37,968 nucleotides of DNA from an uncultured Clostridia bacterium (GTDB lineage: Bacteria; Bacillota; Clostridia; Christensenellales; UBA1242). The stretch spans positions 1-37,968 of the forward strand of contig CALVZZ010000048.1 in assembly GCA_944372715.1 (NCBI GenBank), read 5' to 3'. A program made the translations under genes and the position numbers. The notes beneath the pieces are model-generated. The model worked only from the letters and a program-made list of their open reading frames with translations. It ran no database searches and was not told where the DNA came from. Below are positions 8,386-16,406 of this stretch, one piece after another. Numbering within the stretch: the first letter of the stretch is position 1; every line of letters begins with the position of its first letter.

Positions 8386-9456
8386 CTATTTTCCTGCTTC
8401 TTCCAACTTTCTTTTTTGATCTTCTCTTTGAAGTTCGTTAGACAACTCTTCAATGTTTCCATCAAGAAAATCATCCATATTGTATATACTATAATTTATT
8501 CTATGGTCCGTTATTCTTCCCTGTGGATAATTGTATGTCCTTATTCTTTCACTTCTGTCACCTGTTCCAACCTGACTTCGTCTATTTTCTGCATATTCTT
8601 TATCTTGTTGAGTTTTGTAATAGTCATAAAGCTTTGATTTTAAAATGCTCATTGCTCTTTCTCTATTTTTAATTTGAGAACGCTCATCTTGACAAGCAAC
8701 CACAATACCTGTTGGAAAGTGAGTAATTCTTATAGCACTATCAGTTTTATTTACGTGTTGACCACCTGCACCACTGCTCCTATATGTATCAATCTTGATG
8801 TCCTTATCATTGATTTCAAAATCGACATCTTGAACTTCTGGGAGAATTGCAACAGTTGTTGTTGAAGTGTGAACCCTTCCTTGTGTTTCCGTTTCAGGAA
8901 CTCTTTGAACACGATGCACCCCACTTTCATATTTTAAAAACTTATAAGCATTTTTACCCTTTATTAAAAATACTGCTTCTTTAATTCCTCCCAGCTCTGT
9001 TTCAGACACATCAATCATTTCCACAGTCCAATGTTTACGCTCTGCAAAGCGAGTATACATTTTCATTAAAACAGCACCGAACAATGCAGATTCTTCACCA
9101 CCTGCCGCAGACCTTATTTCCACAATAACATTGCTTTCATCATTTTCATCTTTTGGCAAAAGTAAAACTTTTATTTCTTCTTCAAGCTCTTCAATTTGCT
9201 TTTTAATTTCAAAAAGTTCCTCTTCAAAAAGCTTTTTCATTTCCACATCTTTTTCTTCATTTACAATTTTTTCAGCTTTTTCTTTTTCGTCAACAAGCTT
9301 TTGCATTTTGTCGTGCGCTATTGCTATATCTTCAATGGAATTTCTTTCTTTAACAAGTTTTTTCCATTCATTAATATCAGCAATAATTTCTGGTTTTGAT
9401 ATGAGCTCCGTAAGTTCATCAAACCTTTTTTTTATCTTAATTGTTTTATCTAGCAT
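8386..9456 (-). CDS. prfA: Peptide chain release factor 1
   Basis: Universal 'SGAGGQHVNKTDSAIRITHFPTG' GGQ motif. RF1-type tripeptide region 'RVQRVPETETQGRVHTS' (P-x-T). The N-terminal coiled-coil domain is present. The ATG is 1 nt after the prmC stop. Confidence 0.95.
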   Translation of the reverse strand: MLDKTIKIKKRFDELTELISKPEIIADINEWKKLVKERNSIEDIAIAHDKMQKLVDEKEKAEKIVNEEKDVEMKKLFEEELFEIKKQIEELEEEIKVLLLPKDENDESNVIVEIRSAAGGEESALFGAVLMKMYTRFAERKHWTVEMIDVSETELGGIKEAVFLIKGKNAYKFLKYESGVHRVQRVPETETQGRVHTSTTTVAILPEVQDVDFEINDKDIKIDTYRSSGAGGQHVNKTDSAIRITHFPTGIVVACQDERSQIKNRERAMSILKSKLYDYYKTQQDKEYAENRRSQVGTGDRSERIRTYNYPQGRITDHRINYSIYNMDDFLDGNIEELSNELQREDQKRKLEEAGK

Positions 9457-9457
9457 A

Positions 9458-11158
9458 TCAACCTCTTTGGACTATAATAATTCTCTGTATTCCAGAATAA
9501 TCTTTAATTATTTTAACACTAAAATTCTTTTTTGAAAAGAACTTTTTTACGCTTTTTTCTTGTCCTTTGCCAATTTCAAGCAAGATGACACCACGAGCAG
9601 ACAAATAATTTTCAAATTGTTCGCTTATTTTTTTATAAAAATAAAGTCCATCTTCACCACCATCTAATGCTATTAAAGGGTCATAGTCCTTAACTTCCCT
9701 GTCTAACTTTTTAATGTCTTCGCTTTTAATGTACGGTGGATTACAAGTTATAATATCAAACTTTTTACTCTTTTTTAGCTCTGAAAAAAGATCACCACAT
9801 ATAAAATTTATTTTAACATCATTGTTTTTTGCATTTGTTTTTGCAACTCCTAAAGCCTTCTCACTTATATCTATTGCAGTAACCTTTGCACTTGATTTTT
9901 TTGCAATTGTTATTGCAATAGCTCCACTGCCTGTGCATAAATCCAAAACGCTTAATTTTTGTTTCCCTATAATTTTTAACGCTTCTTCAACTAATATCTC
10001 TGTTTCTTTGCGTGGAGTTAAAACATCTTTATTTACAAAAAATGGAAGACCATAAAACTCAGTTTTACCCAAAATTTTATCTATTGGTTCACCTTTTACT
10101 CTTCGCTCTAAAACTCTTTGAATTTTTTTATAATCAGACCTAGAAATTTGTGTTAATAACTTAATTTCTGCTCTGTTTTTATTTAATACGCTTGCAATCA
10201 ACCAATCTGTTTCTGCGCTGTCTGTTATTCCTGCACTTGCTAATTTGTTTTTAACTTCTGAATAGCATAAAGAAAAGGCGATATTACCACCTTGGCTATC
10301 TTCATTAATGACTTCTCTTTTTAAATTTTCTAACATTAATTTCCCTTCACTTAATCCTGTGTTGGCAGTTTGAATTTCCGTACTTGATGGTTTACTATTA
10401 ACAAAAAAGCTTGTAATTAATATTGGATACCTAAACTTTAAAAAAAATTTATCGAACAGATAACATATTTCATAAACAATACTTGCTTCTAATAAAAATA
10501 TTCCAACATTTACAAAAGCTTTTAACCAAAAGCTTACCTCAATTCCTAATATTGATACCACAAAATAATTTAAAATCCAACAAAAAACAATAAAGTTTAA
10601 GTAATTTGTTGCTCTATGAGAGCTTAATTGAATTTCTCCATTTAAAACTTTATTACCAGCAGAGTTAAATTTATAGAGTTTTCTCATTGATGAAAAAGAA
10701 TACAAAAAAGCTAGTAACAACACAAACATTGCAACTTTAACTAATGCAATCACCAATTTTTTTACAAATATGGACAAACTTGCCCCTGCAATGTAATACC
10801 CCAAATGAGTTGGAATGATACCTAAAAATATCACAGATATACATATTGCAAGCAATAAGCTTATTGTGCCAAAAACATAACTTGATTGAATATTTAAACT
10901 TTTGGAAACTCTATCATTTAATCTAGGGATTGGTGTATTTTTAATACTTAAATATAACCCCCAAAAAAAATAAAATGTTCCAAAAATTAAATATTCAATT
11001 CCTCTTAAAAATGGTATTTTATGGTTTGGAATTGGAGAATATTTAGTTTTAAAACTTTGTAAAAAAATAGAACCATTTGTTCTCACCATACATAAAACAG
11101 CATTGTTTCCAACGAAACAAAGATTTCCGTTAAAGCTTGGATAAATAAAAGATTTCAT
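9458..11158 (-). CDS. prmC: Fusion protein: degenerate DUF1385-like membrane domain (about 10330..11158) plus release-factor glutamine N5-methyltransferase PrmC/HemK (9458..~10291)
   Basis: The C-terminal half has SAM motif I 'VLDLCTGSGAIAI' and the catalytic 'NPPY' ('IITCNPPYI'). The N-terminal ~275 aa are polytopic, with 'KIPFLRGIEYLI' as in DUF1385 (YqhQ family). The family's 'HGAEHK' and 'HPRCGT' positions read 'NSAGNK' and 'SHRATN'. It ends with TGA. Confidence 0.85.
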   Translation of the reverse strand: MKSFIYPSFNGNLCFVGNNAVLCMVRTNGSIFLQSFKTKYSPIPNHKIPFLRGIEYLIFGTFYFFWGLYLSIKNTPIPRLNDRVSKSLNIQSSYVFGTISLLLAICISVIFLGIIPTHLGYYIAGASLSIFVKKLVIALVKVAMFVLLLAFLYSFSSMRKLYKFNSAGNKVLNGEIQLSSHRATNYLNFIVFCWILNYFVVSILGIEVSFWLKAFVNVGIFLLEASIVYEICYLFDKFFLKFRYPILITSFFVNSKPSSTEIQTANTGLSEGKLMLENLKREVINEDSQGGNIAFSLCYSEVKNKLASAGITDSAETDWLIASVLNKNRAEIKLLTQISRSDYKKIQRVLERRVKGEPIDKILGKTEFYGLPFFVNKDVLTPRKETEILVEEALKIIGKQKLSVLDLCTGSGAIAITIAKKSSAKVTAIDISEKALGVAKTNAKNNDVKINFICGDLFSELKKSKKFDIITCNPPYIKSEDIKKLDREVKDYDPLIALDGGEDGLYFYKKISEQFENYLSARGVILLEIGKGQEKSVKKFFSKKNFSVKIIKDYSGIQRIIIVQRG

Positions 11159-11214
11159 ATACGAATTATTGTCTATTATTCTACTTTTTAAACTACACTA
11201 TTTTATAATAATAC

Positions 11215-11243
11215 TTGTATTAATAGTTTTTTTATGATAAAAT
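11215..11243 (+). promoter_or_regulatory. Sigma-70-type promoter for the 11262 gene
   Basis: TTGTAT (11215-11220), a 17-nt spacer, then TAAAAT (11238-11243). The AAAGGAGAA SD and ATG 11262 lie downstream. Confidence 0.45.
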
Positions 11244-11261
11244 TCCTTAAAAGGAGAAAAT

Positions 11262-12695
11262 ATGAAAGTAAAAAGTGGATTTTTAATGTATTTATTCATA
11301 TTTTTAGGACTTATATTGGGTGCGTTCTTAATTATGGTATGCATAATGATGTTTATTCCTGGGACAAGTATATTTGGATTAGAATGGGTAAGCAATAATA
11401 CACAATACACATACACCACTTATGAAAATGATTTTAAAGAGATATCTAATTATGACACTGTAATTATAAATGCAATTTCAAAAGATCCCAAAGGTAATAC
11501 AATTGAAAATGGTTACTTTGACATTGAAATAAAGAAAGGATATCGAGATGCAACATCTTCAAATTTAGTTGTTACAAACAAATTATATGGTCTTGCAAAA
11601 ACATCTGATATAACCAACTTTGATATAAGTATTGAAGAACAAACACCAAATGGACAAAATCAACTAGTGATAAATATTCAACAAGTCAACACTTGGCTTG
11701 CAAATACATCTAGTTGTATTGCAGTTTTAACCATTCCGGCAGAACAAAACATAAGCAATGTAAACTTTATTGTAAATACAAAAAGTGGAACAATTGATTT
11801 TGGTGGAAATGTTAATAGAGATAACGAACCCGTTGCTTTAAATGTTAAAAGTTTGACAGCAAAAAGCGAAAGTGGTGCTATTTTGGTTAAAGATTTAACA
11901 ACTGCCCCAAGCTTTATAGACTTTTCAACAACAAGCGGAAACATTCAATTCTCTTCTAATAGTTTTAAAGCCGAAACAATGTCTTTAAAAACAGAAAGTG
12001 GTAAAATAACATTGCCAAACACTTTAATAGATACACAAGCTCTAACTTTAAGCACAAACACAGGAACAATTACAGGTGGAAATGTAAACGGAAACTTAAC
12101 TTTAGACACTCAAATTGGAATTGTTAGACTTGGAAATGTTTATGGAAACTTAAATGGAACGGAAAAAATTGATGGAACAGACATTAAAGTTTCAAATATA
12201 AGAGGAGAATTGTTAATACCTTCTGCAAAGAATTTAATATTAACAGCAAAAAATGTTGATGGAAACATCAATATAAATTCAGATAAAGCTGTAATAAATA
12301 TTGGTGAAGAAAAAGTGGGTGTAAAATCAAGTGCTATTATAAGTGTAAAATCTGGGTCAATAAATCTTTTTGTTGAGAGGAGAAATAATAACGAACTTAA
12401 CATCACAACAGAAAGTGCAAAAGTTAAAGCAATTTTTGAAACATTTACTGCTAACAGAACAATAACAACTGTAAACGGTCAAATAGAAATTGTTTTAAAT
12501 CAAAATGCTTCCCTTGATTTGATTGCAGAAACACATTCAGATACAAATTTAAGTTGGGAAGAAGAAAAAATAAATAATGAAATTTCATTAAAACTAATTC
12601 GTGGACAGGGTATTTACAATAATTCAATTTTGAAATTGAAATCAAACAATGGCAGAATTGATGTAACCAGAAAGGTTGATGTTTCTTTTAATTAA
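11262..12695 (+). CDS. Membrane-anchored DUF4097/Toastrack-like beta-repeat protein (putative adhesin fold)
   Basis: Strong SD. There is one N-terminal TM ('FLMYLFIFLGLILGAFLIMVCIMMFI'). Iterated short beta-strand repeats follow: 'SGTIDFGGNV', 'SGAILVKDL', 'SGNIQFSS', 'SGKITLPN', 'TGTITGGNV', 'SGSINLFV', 'NGQIEIVL', 'NGRIDVT'. These are typical of DUF4097/LiaF-C-like domains. Confidence 0.6.
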   Translation: MKVKSGFLMYLFIFLGLILGAFLIMVCIMMFIPGTSIFGLEWVSNNTQYTYTTYENDFKEISNYDTVIINAISKDPKGNTIENGYFDIEIKKGYRDATSSNLVVTNKLYGLAKTSDITNFDISIEEQTPNGQNQLVINIQQVNTWLANTSSCIAVLTIPAEQNISNVNFIVNTKSGTIDFGGNVNRDNEPVALNVKSLTAKSESGAILVKDLTTAPSFIDFSTTSGNIQFSSNSFKAETMSLKTESGKITLPNTLIDTQALTLSTNTGTITGGNVNGNLTLDTQIGIVRLGNVYGNLNGTEKIDGTDIKVSNIRGELLIPSAKNLILTAKNVDGNININSDKAVINIGEEKVGVKSSAIISVKSGSINLFVERRNNNELNITTESAKVKAIFETFTANRTITTVNGQIEIVLNQNASLDLIAETHSDTNLSWEEEKINNEISLKLIRGQGIYNNSILKLKSNNGRIDVTRKVDVSFN

Positions 12696-12838
12696 TTTAA
12701 AAGCGTTAAAAGCGTTGAGTGTATTTGAAGCACCAACGCTTTTATTATTTTAATTTCATCTTTGCTTTTCCCCTTAGCTAATTCCATTGCTATTGCCGTT
12801 CCAATTACTGCAATTTCTTCTGGACTAAAATTACTCAT
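12692..12838 (-). CDS. Small 48-aa ORF below the track cutoff, resembling small clostridial DUF6774-type proteins
   Basis: My translation is MSNFSPEEIAVIGTAIAMELAKGKSKDEIKIIKALVLQIHSTLLTLLN*. The pattern 'EE(I/L)A.I..AIA..LAKG.S.DEI..L......Q....L' matches, from memory, small conserved Clostridia proteins. There is no clear SD. Its 3' end overlaps the terminator hairpin and the last 4 nt of the convergent gene. Confidence 0.4.
   Translation of the reverse strand: MSNFSPEEIAVIGTAIAMELAKGKSKDEIKIIKALVLQIHSTLLTLLN
12709..12750 (+). terminator. Intrinsic terminator of the 11262..12695 gene
   Basis: aaagcgttg (12709-12717) pairs with caacgcttt (12734-12742), with an inner gtg/cac extension. It is followed by ttttattatttt. 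Confidence 0.5.
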
Positions 12839-12881
12839 ATACTATTTTATGTATTTATTGAATAAAATTGTTTTGTAACAC

Positions 12882-12910
12882 TTGATTTTTTTTTGAATAT
12901 GCGTTAGACT
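12882..12910 (+). promoter_or_regulatory. Candidate promoter for the 12985 gene
   Basis: TTGATT (12882-12887), a 17-nt spacer, then TAGACT (12905-12910). This would give a ~70-nt leader containing the short GC hairpin at 12936-12949. Confidence 0.35.
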
Positions 12911-12984
12911 ATGAGAAGTAAATAAGTTTGTAATAGCTTGCACGCAAGCGTTTTAAATATTTTTTAAAGGGAAACATATTTTAT

Positions 12985-13923
12985 ATGATGTTCAAAAACT
13001 CAGTTAAGCTACTAATGGCTAACTTTGCAACAGTTTGGAAACTACTTTTATATAAACTAATAGTACTTGGCATTGCCACAGGTCTATTCTTTATTGGTTT
13101 TTCTTATATTTCTGGTACAGAAAGTTTTATAAATCTTTGGGATAGTGTACTTTCATTTTTGTTTTCTTTTAATGTAGGCGCAAGCATATTAGAACTATTA
13201 CAATCTTTACTTAATATCTTTCAAGTTTTTTTTGCTTTCTGCATAGACATAGCAATAAACAATACGGGTATTTTTATTCTGTATTTCTTTAATTTTGTTA
13301 TTCTTACACCATTTTTATGGAATTTATCCAATATTGCAATAGGAGAAACTCTTTATGGTTATATGGCAAGTTTAACTAAATATTCCTTTGTTGGTTCTAT
13401 GATAAGAAAGCTCGGAACAGCTTGCCTTTATTCCCTTCTTAAACTTGCAATTATGCTTCCTATAAACATCTTGATAATTTCAGGTTTTTATGGAATATTG
13501 ACACTTGTTACATTTGGTGGAGTTGTTGCAATTTTGGTTCCATTTTTAATGTTTATTTATTTAATTGCTTTGGTTGGGCTGAAAATTACATTGTTCTCAG
13601 GTTGGATGCCTGCCACCATTGTGTACAACTGTAATGTTATAAGGGGTTTAAAGCTTGGTTTTAAAGCTGTTTTTAGAAGATTTTTTAAAGTATTTTCAAC
13701 TTCAATAATCATTGTAGCAGTGATTCTTTCAATTAATTTAATTTTTGGAAGTTTTTCCTTTATTATTACCATACCAGCTGGTTCGGCAATAATATTAATT
13801 TTCCAAATGGTAATGTTCTTTGGAAGTCAAGGAATGCGTTATTATGTTGATTTAGATACTATATTATCACCCAAAAAACTTGAACAAACCGACAAATTAA
13901 AAAAGATAAAAGATATTATTTAA
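12985..13923 (+). CDS. Polytopic membrane protein, unknown function
   Basis: A 312-aa ORF made almost entirely of hydrophobic helices (at least 6-7 by eye). I recognise no catalytic motif. The start is ATG 12985 or 12988. Confidence 0.7.
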   Translation: MMFKNSVKLLMANFATVWKLLLYKLIVLGIATGLFFIGFSYISGTESFINLWDSVLSFLFSFNVGASILELLQSLLNIFQVFFAFCIDIAINNTGIFILYFFNFVILTPFLWNLSNIAIGETLYGYMASLTKYSFVGSMIRKLGTACLYSLLKLAIMLPINILIISGFYGILTLVTFGGVVAILVPFLMFIYLIALVGLKITLFSGWMPATIVYNCNVIRGLKLGFKAVFRRFFKVFSTSIIIVAVILSINLIFGSFSFIITIPAGSAIILIFQMVMFFGSQGMRYYVDLDTILSPKKLEQTDKLKKIKDII

Positions 13924-13953
13924 TTGAATTAAAAAACTATTAAAATATTTTAC

Positions 13954-13980
13954 GCCATAATGGTTTTATGGCATATTGTT
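13954..13980 (+). terminator. Short hairpin plus T-rich tail after the membrane protein gene
   Basis: gccataa (13954-13960) pairs with ttatggc (13966-13972), followed by atattgtttt. The stem is short and the T-run interrupted. Confidence 0.3.
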
Positions 13981-14002
13981 TTATGTAAAAAGGAGATTTA
14001 AA

Positions 14003-15784
14003 ATGAATAATGACGAACTAAATGTCGAAACAAAAGAATTAAAAACAAACGCAAAAAACAAAGTTTTGAAAACAAAAAAAGCAAATAAGCTAGATGTAAA
14101 CAGTGAAATTGTACAGGTTAAAGAAAGCAAAGGAAAAAAAGTTAAAATTACATTTCTTGGTGGAGTTGGAGAAATTGGTAAAAATATGACTGCATTTGAA
14201 ACAGACAACGAAATGATTGTAGTTGATGCAGGCTTGACATTTCCCGGAGACGAATTGCCAGGAGTTGATGTTGTAGTTCCAGATGTTTCCTACCTTGTTG
14301 CCAACAAGAAAAAATTAAAAGCAATAATTTTAACACACGGTCACGAAGATCATATTGGTGGACTTCCATTTGTTCTTTCCGAAGTTAATGTCCCAATTTA
14401 TGGTTCTAGGCTTACACTTGCTTTGGTGGAGAACAAGTTAAGAGAATATCCAAAAATAAAAGCAAAAATGGTAACTGTTAAACCTAAAAATGTTTTAAGG
14501 CTTGGTGATTTTACAATAGAATTTATTAAAGTTAGTCATTCAATTGCTGGAAGTTTAGCTCTTTGCATTGGAACTCCTGCTGGCAATATAATACACACAG
14601 GTGATTTTAAAATTGACTTTCAGCCAATAGATGGCGAAATGACTGACCTTATAAGATTTGGAGAATTGGGCAAAAGAGGTGTTTCACTCCTGATGTGTGA
14701 AAGCACTAATGTTTGCAGAAAAGGTTACTCAATGAGTGAATCCACCGTTGGTAAAGAGCTTGAAAACATATTCAAAGCTCATCCTGACAACAGGTTGATT
14801 GTTGCTACATTCGCTTCTAACATTCACAGATTACAACAAATTATGAATTTGGCAGAAAAATATAAGAGAAAAATAGCTTTCACAGGAAGAAGTATGATTA
14901 ATGTTTCCGAAGTTGCATTAAAAATTGGAGAGCTTTTCTTTGATAGAAATAACATTATAGATATAGATAAAATTGACAAGTATGCAGATAAAGAACTCTT
15001 AATTTTAACAACAGGAAGTCAGGGTGAACCAATGAGCGCTTTAACAAGAATGGCTGCTGGAGAATTTAACAAAGTTCAAATTGGAGAGAATGACTGCATA
15101 ATAATATCTGCTTCCCCCATTCCAGGCAACGAAAAAAGTGTATATAATGTTATTAACCATTTATTTAAAAAAGGTGCTGATGTTATATATGATGAGCTTG
15201 CCGATGTACACGTTTCTGGTCACGCCTGCCAAGAGGAAATTAAAACTATACACTCTTTAACTAAACCTAAGTTCTTTATGCCAATACACGGTGAATATCG
15301 TCATTTAAAACAACATAAGGAACTTGCAATGAGTTTAGGAATGAATGCAAGAGATATAATTTTACCAGACCTTGGAATGCAAGTTGAATTAACACCAAAT
15401 TACATCAAGCAACTTGGCTTTACAAAAGCAGGTGTAAAACTTGTTGACGGTATTGGAGTTGGCGACCTTGAAAGTAATGTTCTTAGAGAACGCAAACAGC
15501 TTTCAGAAGATGGCTTTGCAATTGCTGTAATCAATGTATCAGGAACTTCAGGCGATGTTATTGGAGATCCTTTTGTAATTACAAGAGGCGTTGTATATAA
15601 TGATGAAGCAGATAGTTTTGTTTCTGACTTAAAAACAAATTTAATAGCATTTATGAAAAATCTTGATGTTCAAGGAACAGAACCAAGTCTACTTAAAAAC
15701 GAAGTTAGAAAATATATGTCAAATTTTATATTTAAAAGAACTAAAAGACGCCCAATGACATTAGCAATAGTTCTTGTGGATTAA
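14003..15784 (+). CDS. rnj: Ribonuclease J (metallo-beta-lactamase/beta-CASP RNase)
   Basis: Track ORF starts at 13976. I prefer ATG 14003 after AAAGGAGA. Motifs: 'LGGVGEIGKNM', MBL motif 'THGHEDHIGG', 'HTGDFK', 'HVSGH', 'PIHGEYRH'. A ~50-aa Lys-rich N-terminal extension precedes the conserved core. Confidence 0.9.
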   Translation: MNNDELNVETKELKTNAKNKVLKTKKANKLDVNSEIVQVKESKGKKVKITFLGGVGEIGKNMTAFETDNEMIVVDAGLTFPGDELPGVDVVVPDVSYLVANKKKLKAIILTHGHEDHIGGLPFVLSEVNVPIYGSRLTLALVENKLREYPKIKAKMVTVKPKNVLRLGDFTIEFIKVSHSIAGSLALCIGTPAGNIIHTGDFKIDFQPIDGEMTDLIRFGELGKRGVSLLMCESTNVCRKGYSMSESTVGKELENIFKAHPDNRLIVATFASNIHRLQQIMNLAEKYKRKIAFTGRSMINVSEVALKIGELFFDRNNIIDIDKIDKYADKELLILTTGSQGEPMSALTRMAAGEFNKVQIGENDCIIISASPIPGNEKSVYNVINHLFKKGADVIYDELADVHVSGHACQEEIKTIHSLTKPKFFMPIHGEYRHLKQHKELAMSLGMNARDIILPDLGMQVELTPNYIKQLGFTKAGVKLVDGIGVGDLESNVLRERKQLSEDGFAIAVINVSGTSGDVIGDPFVITRGVVYNDEADSFVSDLKTNLIAFMKNLDVQGTEPSLLKNEVRKYMSNFIFKRTKRRPMTLAIVLVD

Positions 15785-15785
15785 T

Positions 15786-16358
15786 ATGGAAACATTGAAA
15801 AAATTGAGAATTTATGCAAAAGATAATTTTATTCCAATATTGCAAGAACAAACAGAAGATGTTTTAATTAAAACTTTAAAAGTGGTAAATCCTAAAAATG
15901 TTTTAGAAATTGGAACTGCAATTGGGTACTCTGGAAGCATAATTGTTCAAAATTCTAATGCGCACTTAACCACAATAGAGCTTGATAAAAATAGATATGA
16001 ATTTGCAAAAACAACATTTAAAAATTTTAATATCTCTTCAAATGTTACTCAAATTTTAGGTGATGCAAATGAAATTATTGTAAATCTTCAAGAAAAATTT
16101 GATTTTATTTTTCTTGATGGACCAAAAGGGCAATATTTAAAACAACTTCCCATTTTATATAATCTACTTAACGAAAATGGTGTGTTATTTGCAGATAATA
16201 TCTATTATCACGGTTGGGTTAATAATAATGAATACCCAAAACATAAACATAGAACAGCAATATTAAGATTAAGAAAGTTTATAGAAGAAAGTAAAAATAT
16301 TTTTAAAGATTGTCAATTCCTTAATGATGGTGATGGAATTATGATTGCAAAAAAATAA
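15786..16358 (+). CDS. Class I SAM-dependent O-methyltransferase, family 3 (YrrM/TrmR-like)
   Basis: ATG 15786 lies 2 nt after the rnj stop; the track start at 15774 is a TTG. Motifs: SAM motif 'VLEIGTAIGYSG', 'FDFIFLDGPKGQY', 'LFADNI'. Confidence 0.8.
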   Translation: METLKKLRIYAKDNFIPILQEQTEDVLIKTLKVVNPKNVLEIGTAIGYSGSIIVQNSNAHLTTIELDKNRYEFAKTTFKNFNISSNVTQILGDANEIIVNLQEKFDFIFLDGPKGQYLKQLPILYNLLNENGVLFADNIYYHGWVNNNEYPKHKHRTAILRLRKFIEESKNIFKDCQFLNDGDGIMIAKK

Positions 16359-16398
16359 ACAGCTTACTTGGAACCCCCTTTTAGCTGTTTATTTTTTT
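16357..16398. terminator. Bidirectional terminator between the methyltransferase gene and gyrA
   Basis: aaacagct (16357-16364) pairs with agctgttt (16383-16390), followed by T7 (16392-16398) and preceded by an A-run. Confidence 0.55.
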
Positions 16399-16406
16399 AC
16401 TTGCCA

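Noticed and set aside
8522-8530. Perfect DnaA-box-like 9-mer TGTGGATAA
   Set aside because: It is a single copy inside the prfA coding sequence. I found no cluster of boxes in any intergenic region, including the 248-nt gyrB/rpsF spacer at 21192..21439, so there is no support for oriC in this window.
9458-9460. Possibility of an alternative genetic code (TGA = Trp, Mollicutes-like), given the extreme AT content
   Set aside because: TGA terminates prmC exactly 1 nt before the prfA ATG. Conserved Trp positions are encoded by TGG, for example 'HTRWATHG' in glmS. All conserved genes have normal lengths under code 11.
9131-9535. Plus-strand 134-aa Ser/Phe-rich ORF (and 9196..9399) opposite prfA/prmC
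   Set aside because: It is the antisense shadow of the E/K-rich coiled-coil region of prfA: GAA/AAA codons read as TTC/TTT on the other strand. The composition is implausible and there is no SD.
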